The notes beneath the pieces were generated by a model. That model searched no databases, was not told the DNA's origin, and worked only from the letters and a program-made list of their open reading frames with translations. Below are positions 63,301-64,000 of a stretch of 64,000 bases of DNA, piece after piece (position 1 is the first letter of the stretch; each line of letters starts with the position of its first letter). Source of the stretch: Diplonema japonicum (Eukaryota; Protista; Euglenozoa: Diplonemea); assembly GCA_964019335.1 (NCBI GenBank), contig OZ025679.1, forward strand, positions 62,001 through 126,000. Direction: 5' to 3'. The translations under genes and the position numbers were made by a program.

Positions 63301-64000
63301 CCAAAAACACCGGCTCCTGACACGCCGGCACCGAAAACTTCTGCACCTGCGACACCTGCTCCCAAAACCTCGGCACCAAATACAGAAGCACCTGAGACCC
63401 CTGCTCCAAAAACACCAGCACCTGACACTGCAGCACCTGATACTGGAGCACCTGACACAAGAGCACCTGAAACCACTGCCCCTAAGTCCCCAGCACCTGA
63501 CACAAGAGCACCTGAAACCCCTGCTCCAAAAACTGACACTGCAGCACCTGATACTACAGCACCGACACCTGACACACAAGCATCTGACACCGCAGTACCT
63601 GATACCACAGCACCTGACACACGAGCACCTGAGACCCCTGCTCCAAAAACACCAGCACCTGACACTGCAGCACCTGATACTACAGCACCTGGCACACCGG
63701 CACCTAACACACAAGCACCTGATACCGCAGCACCTGACACACGAGCACCTGAAACCCCTATTCCAGAAACACCAGCACCTGACACACCGACGCCGAACAC
63801 CGTGACTCCAGAAACTCCTGCTCCTCGAACTCTTGCACCTAAAACAGAAGCGCCAGAAACTCCAGCACCCCGCACTCCTGTTCCAAAATCACCGGCTCCT
63901 CGAACTCCTGCTCCTGACACCCCTGCCCCAAGGACCCCTGCCCCAAAGACGACGGCTCCTGAAACGCCAGTTCCGGCATCTAAAACTACTAGGTCTCCAC
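60358..64000 (+). CDS. Type-I surface protein, copy 3 (runs off the window end)
   Basis: ATG GGG GAA GCT as in copy 2; nearly identical through the PAN domains into the mucin stalk; no stop before 64000. Confidence 0.92.
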   Translation, partial: MGEAAQDVRWSTAVAVFLTLCVGCSGDCSKWKDPKNNGPYPLWHYCKRRAGSGETLYPYMEASLRPAEVAPYDCRAEGRVLRHDAAGIICADYTLGDEYGGPCTTAQCCAEGLCSSYVCKGGGQLKAKAGEISCAYFPCNDHLCCEGPSGSPKEEARGLVFVDRNPGRFSFGGKGTLLRAADEADITHYRIYWGFAKTVRKVPSCGLKNPISWEQHKWTDEKRLFLELPVTGCDIDFEVPMGTVPWERCPIATDRKDKTTSANDPCNPHYLVAVSVNGKGERSFDGQAQQIGPRHPISDYEGEFGLPCAEGGVTYGHDLPGPDDVILGSWNGVESAARCAELCRGYSSKSKGPCRYWVWGYPTGGHTAKSCWMETQLLQKAHYGVRVAGPAVCPTRDGERPTGRERPRCDRWVRIPNTAAWKNPDTTAGRNAFFDKGGAFMQKPNLPDVPLGPYDNAEECQAMCDMDPLCVGFTWMKRDPTDTYFHKCFLIRVDDGTRASTDFYDLWLCSREGMAPLLSGYELLSHPFGYKTCGEGPPSSSEAASDHDCCAQKCNDNKPSCAAFTFRHTDKICELHSACSDASLRSHDKVEGCAYESCFQGYGLATYRRLVPTMQIVDRWPVVGGQGGVPAFVQTTHIPEGTDVHCVINKRGRNIPSSAANMLAVRHFTGKVSASDGVASMVLTHVTETWSVKAAESYVMRCAADDMAGFGLPAYVEHNFESEVPFGFVEIRARNGNTGYCRGPNNCLNGYIADTKKKPYSLEACRKISYGDSKSIAFLYRAHDGHCGIVTPKKGCTYMTHVQADDKVRCYNKKWDTVHSIGKGECTAECPGTCSWKRRLGAYERNLFLPAPAATCSLTTAEPTSAPQTPAPRTPAPKTPAPDTPAPKTSAPATPAPKTSAPNTEAPETPAPKTPAPDTAAPDTGAPDTRAPETTAPKSPAPDTRAPETPAPRTPAPDTLAPDTLAPATSAPDTRAPETTAPKTPAPDTPAPKTSAPATPAPKTSAPNTEAPETPAPKTPAPDTAAPDTGAPDTRAPETTAPKSPAPDTRAPETPAPKTDTAAPDTTAPTPDTQASDTAVPDTTAPDTRAPETPAPKTPAPDTAAPDTTAPGTPAPNTQAPDTAAPDTRAPETPIPETPAPDTPTPNTVTPETPAPRTLAPKTEAPETPAPRTPVPKSPAPRTPAPDTPAPRTPAPKTTAPETPVPASKTTRSP

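Overview
Eukaryotic DNA with the hallmarks of a diplonemid (Euglenozoa); the taxon is inferred. All credible protein genes lie on the + strand, as in a polycistronic unit. They follow polypyrimidine/AG trans-splice-like acceptors, carry very short GT-AG introns (32-55 nt, often ending ...CACACAG) and are separated by poly-A/T/G/C-rich spacers. 1-11 kb: STE20/PAK kinase 3' end, a multi-pass membrane protein, a RING-H2 E3, an AKTIP-like UEV, a hypothetical protein and an EamA/DMT-like transporter. 11-29 kb: an accessory zone with two tRNA-Phe, one tRNA-Leu, two CCCH zinc-finger paralogues ending in HNPY, several MITE/palindromic DNA elements and a 5'-truncated RT-RNase H LINE whose target-site duplication overlaps the 5' end of tRNA-Leu. 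This zone also holds three copies of an unidentified 113-nt structured sequence, each abutted at the same nucleotide by apparent retroposon insertions. One of these, a 1.2-kb non-coding element, starts with a near-canonical HDV-like ribozyme fold and is flanked by a ~145-160 bp duplication. Much of this block may sit inside one giant intron of a coiled-coil gene. 29-41 kb: carboxylesterase, TSNAXIP1-like, pseudokinase, S28 peptidase, TTC5-like and PPR genes. 41-64 kb: a tandem array of three large, homogenised PAN/mucin type-I surface proteins. All calls come from reading the sequence by eye; no searches were run.
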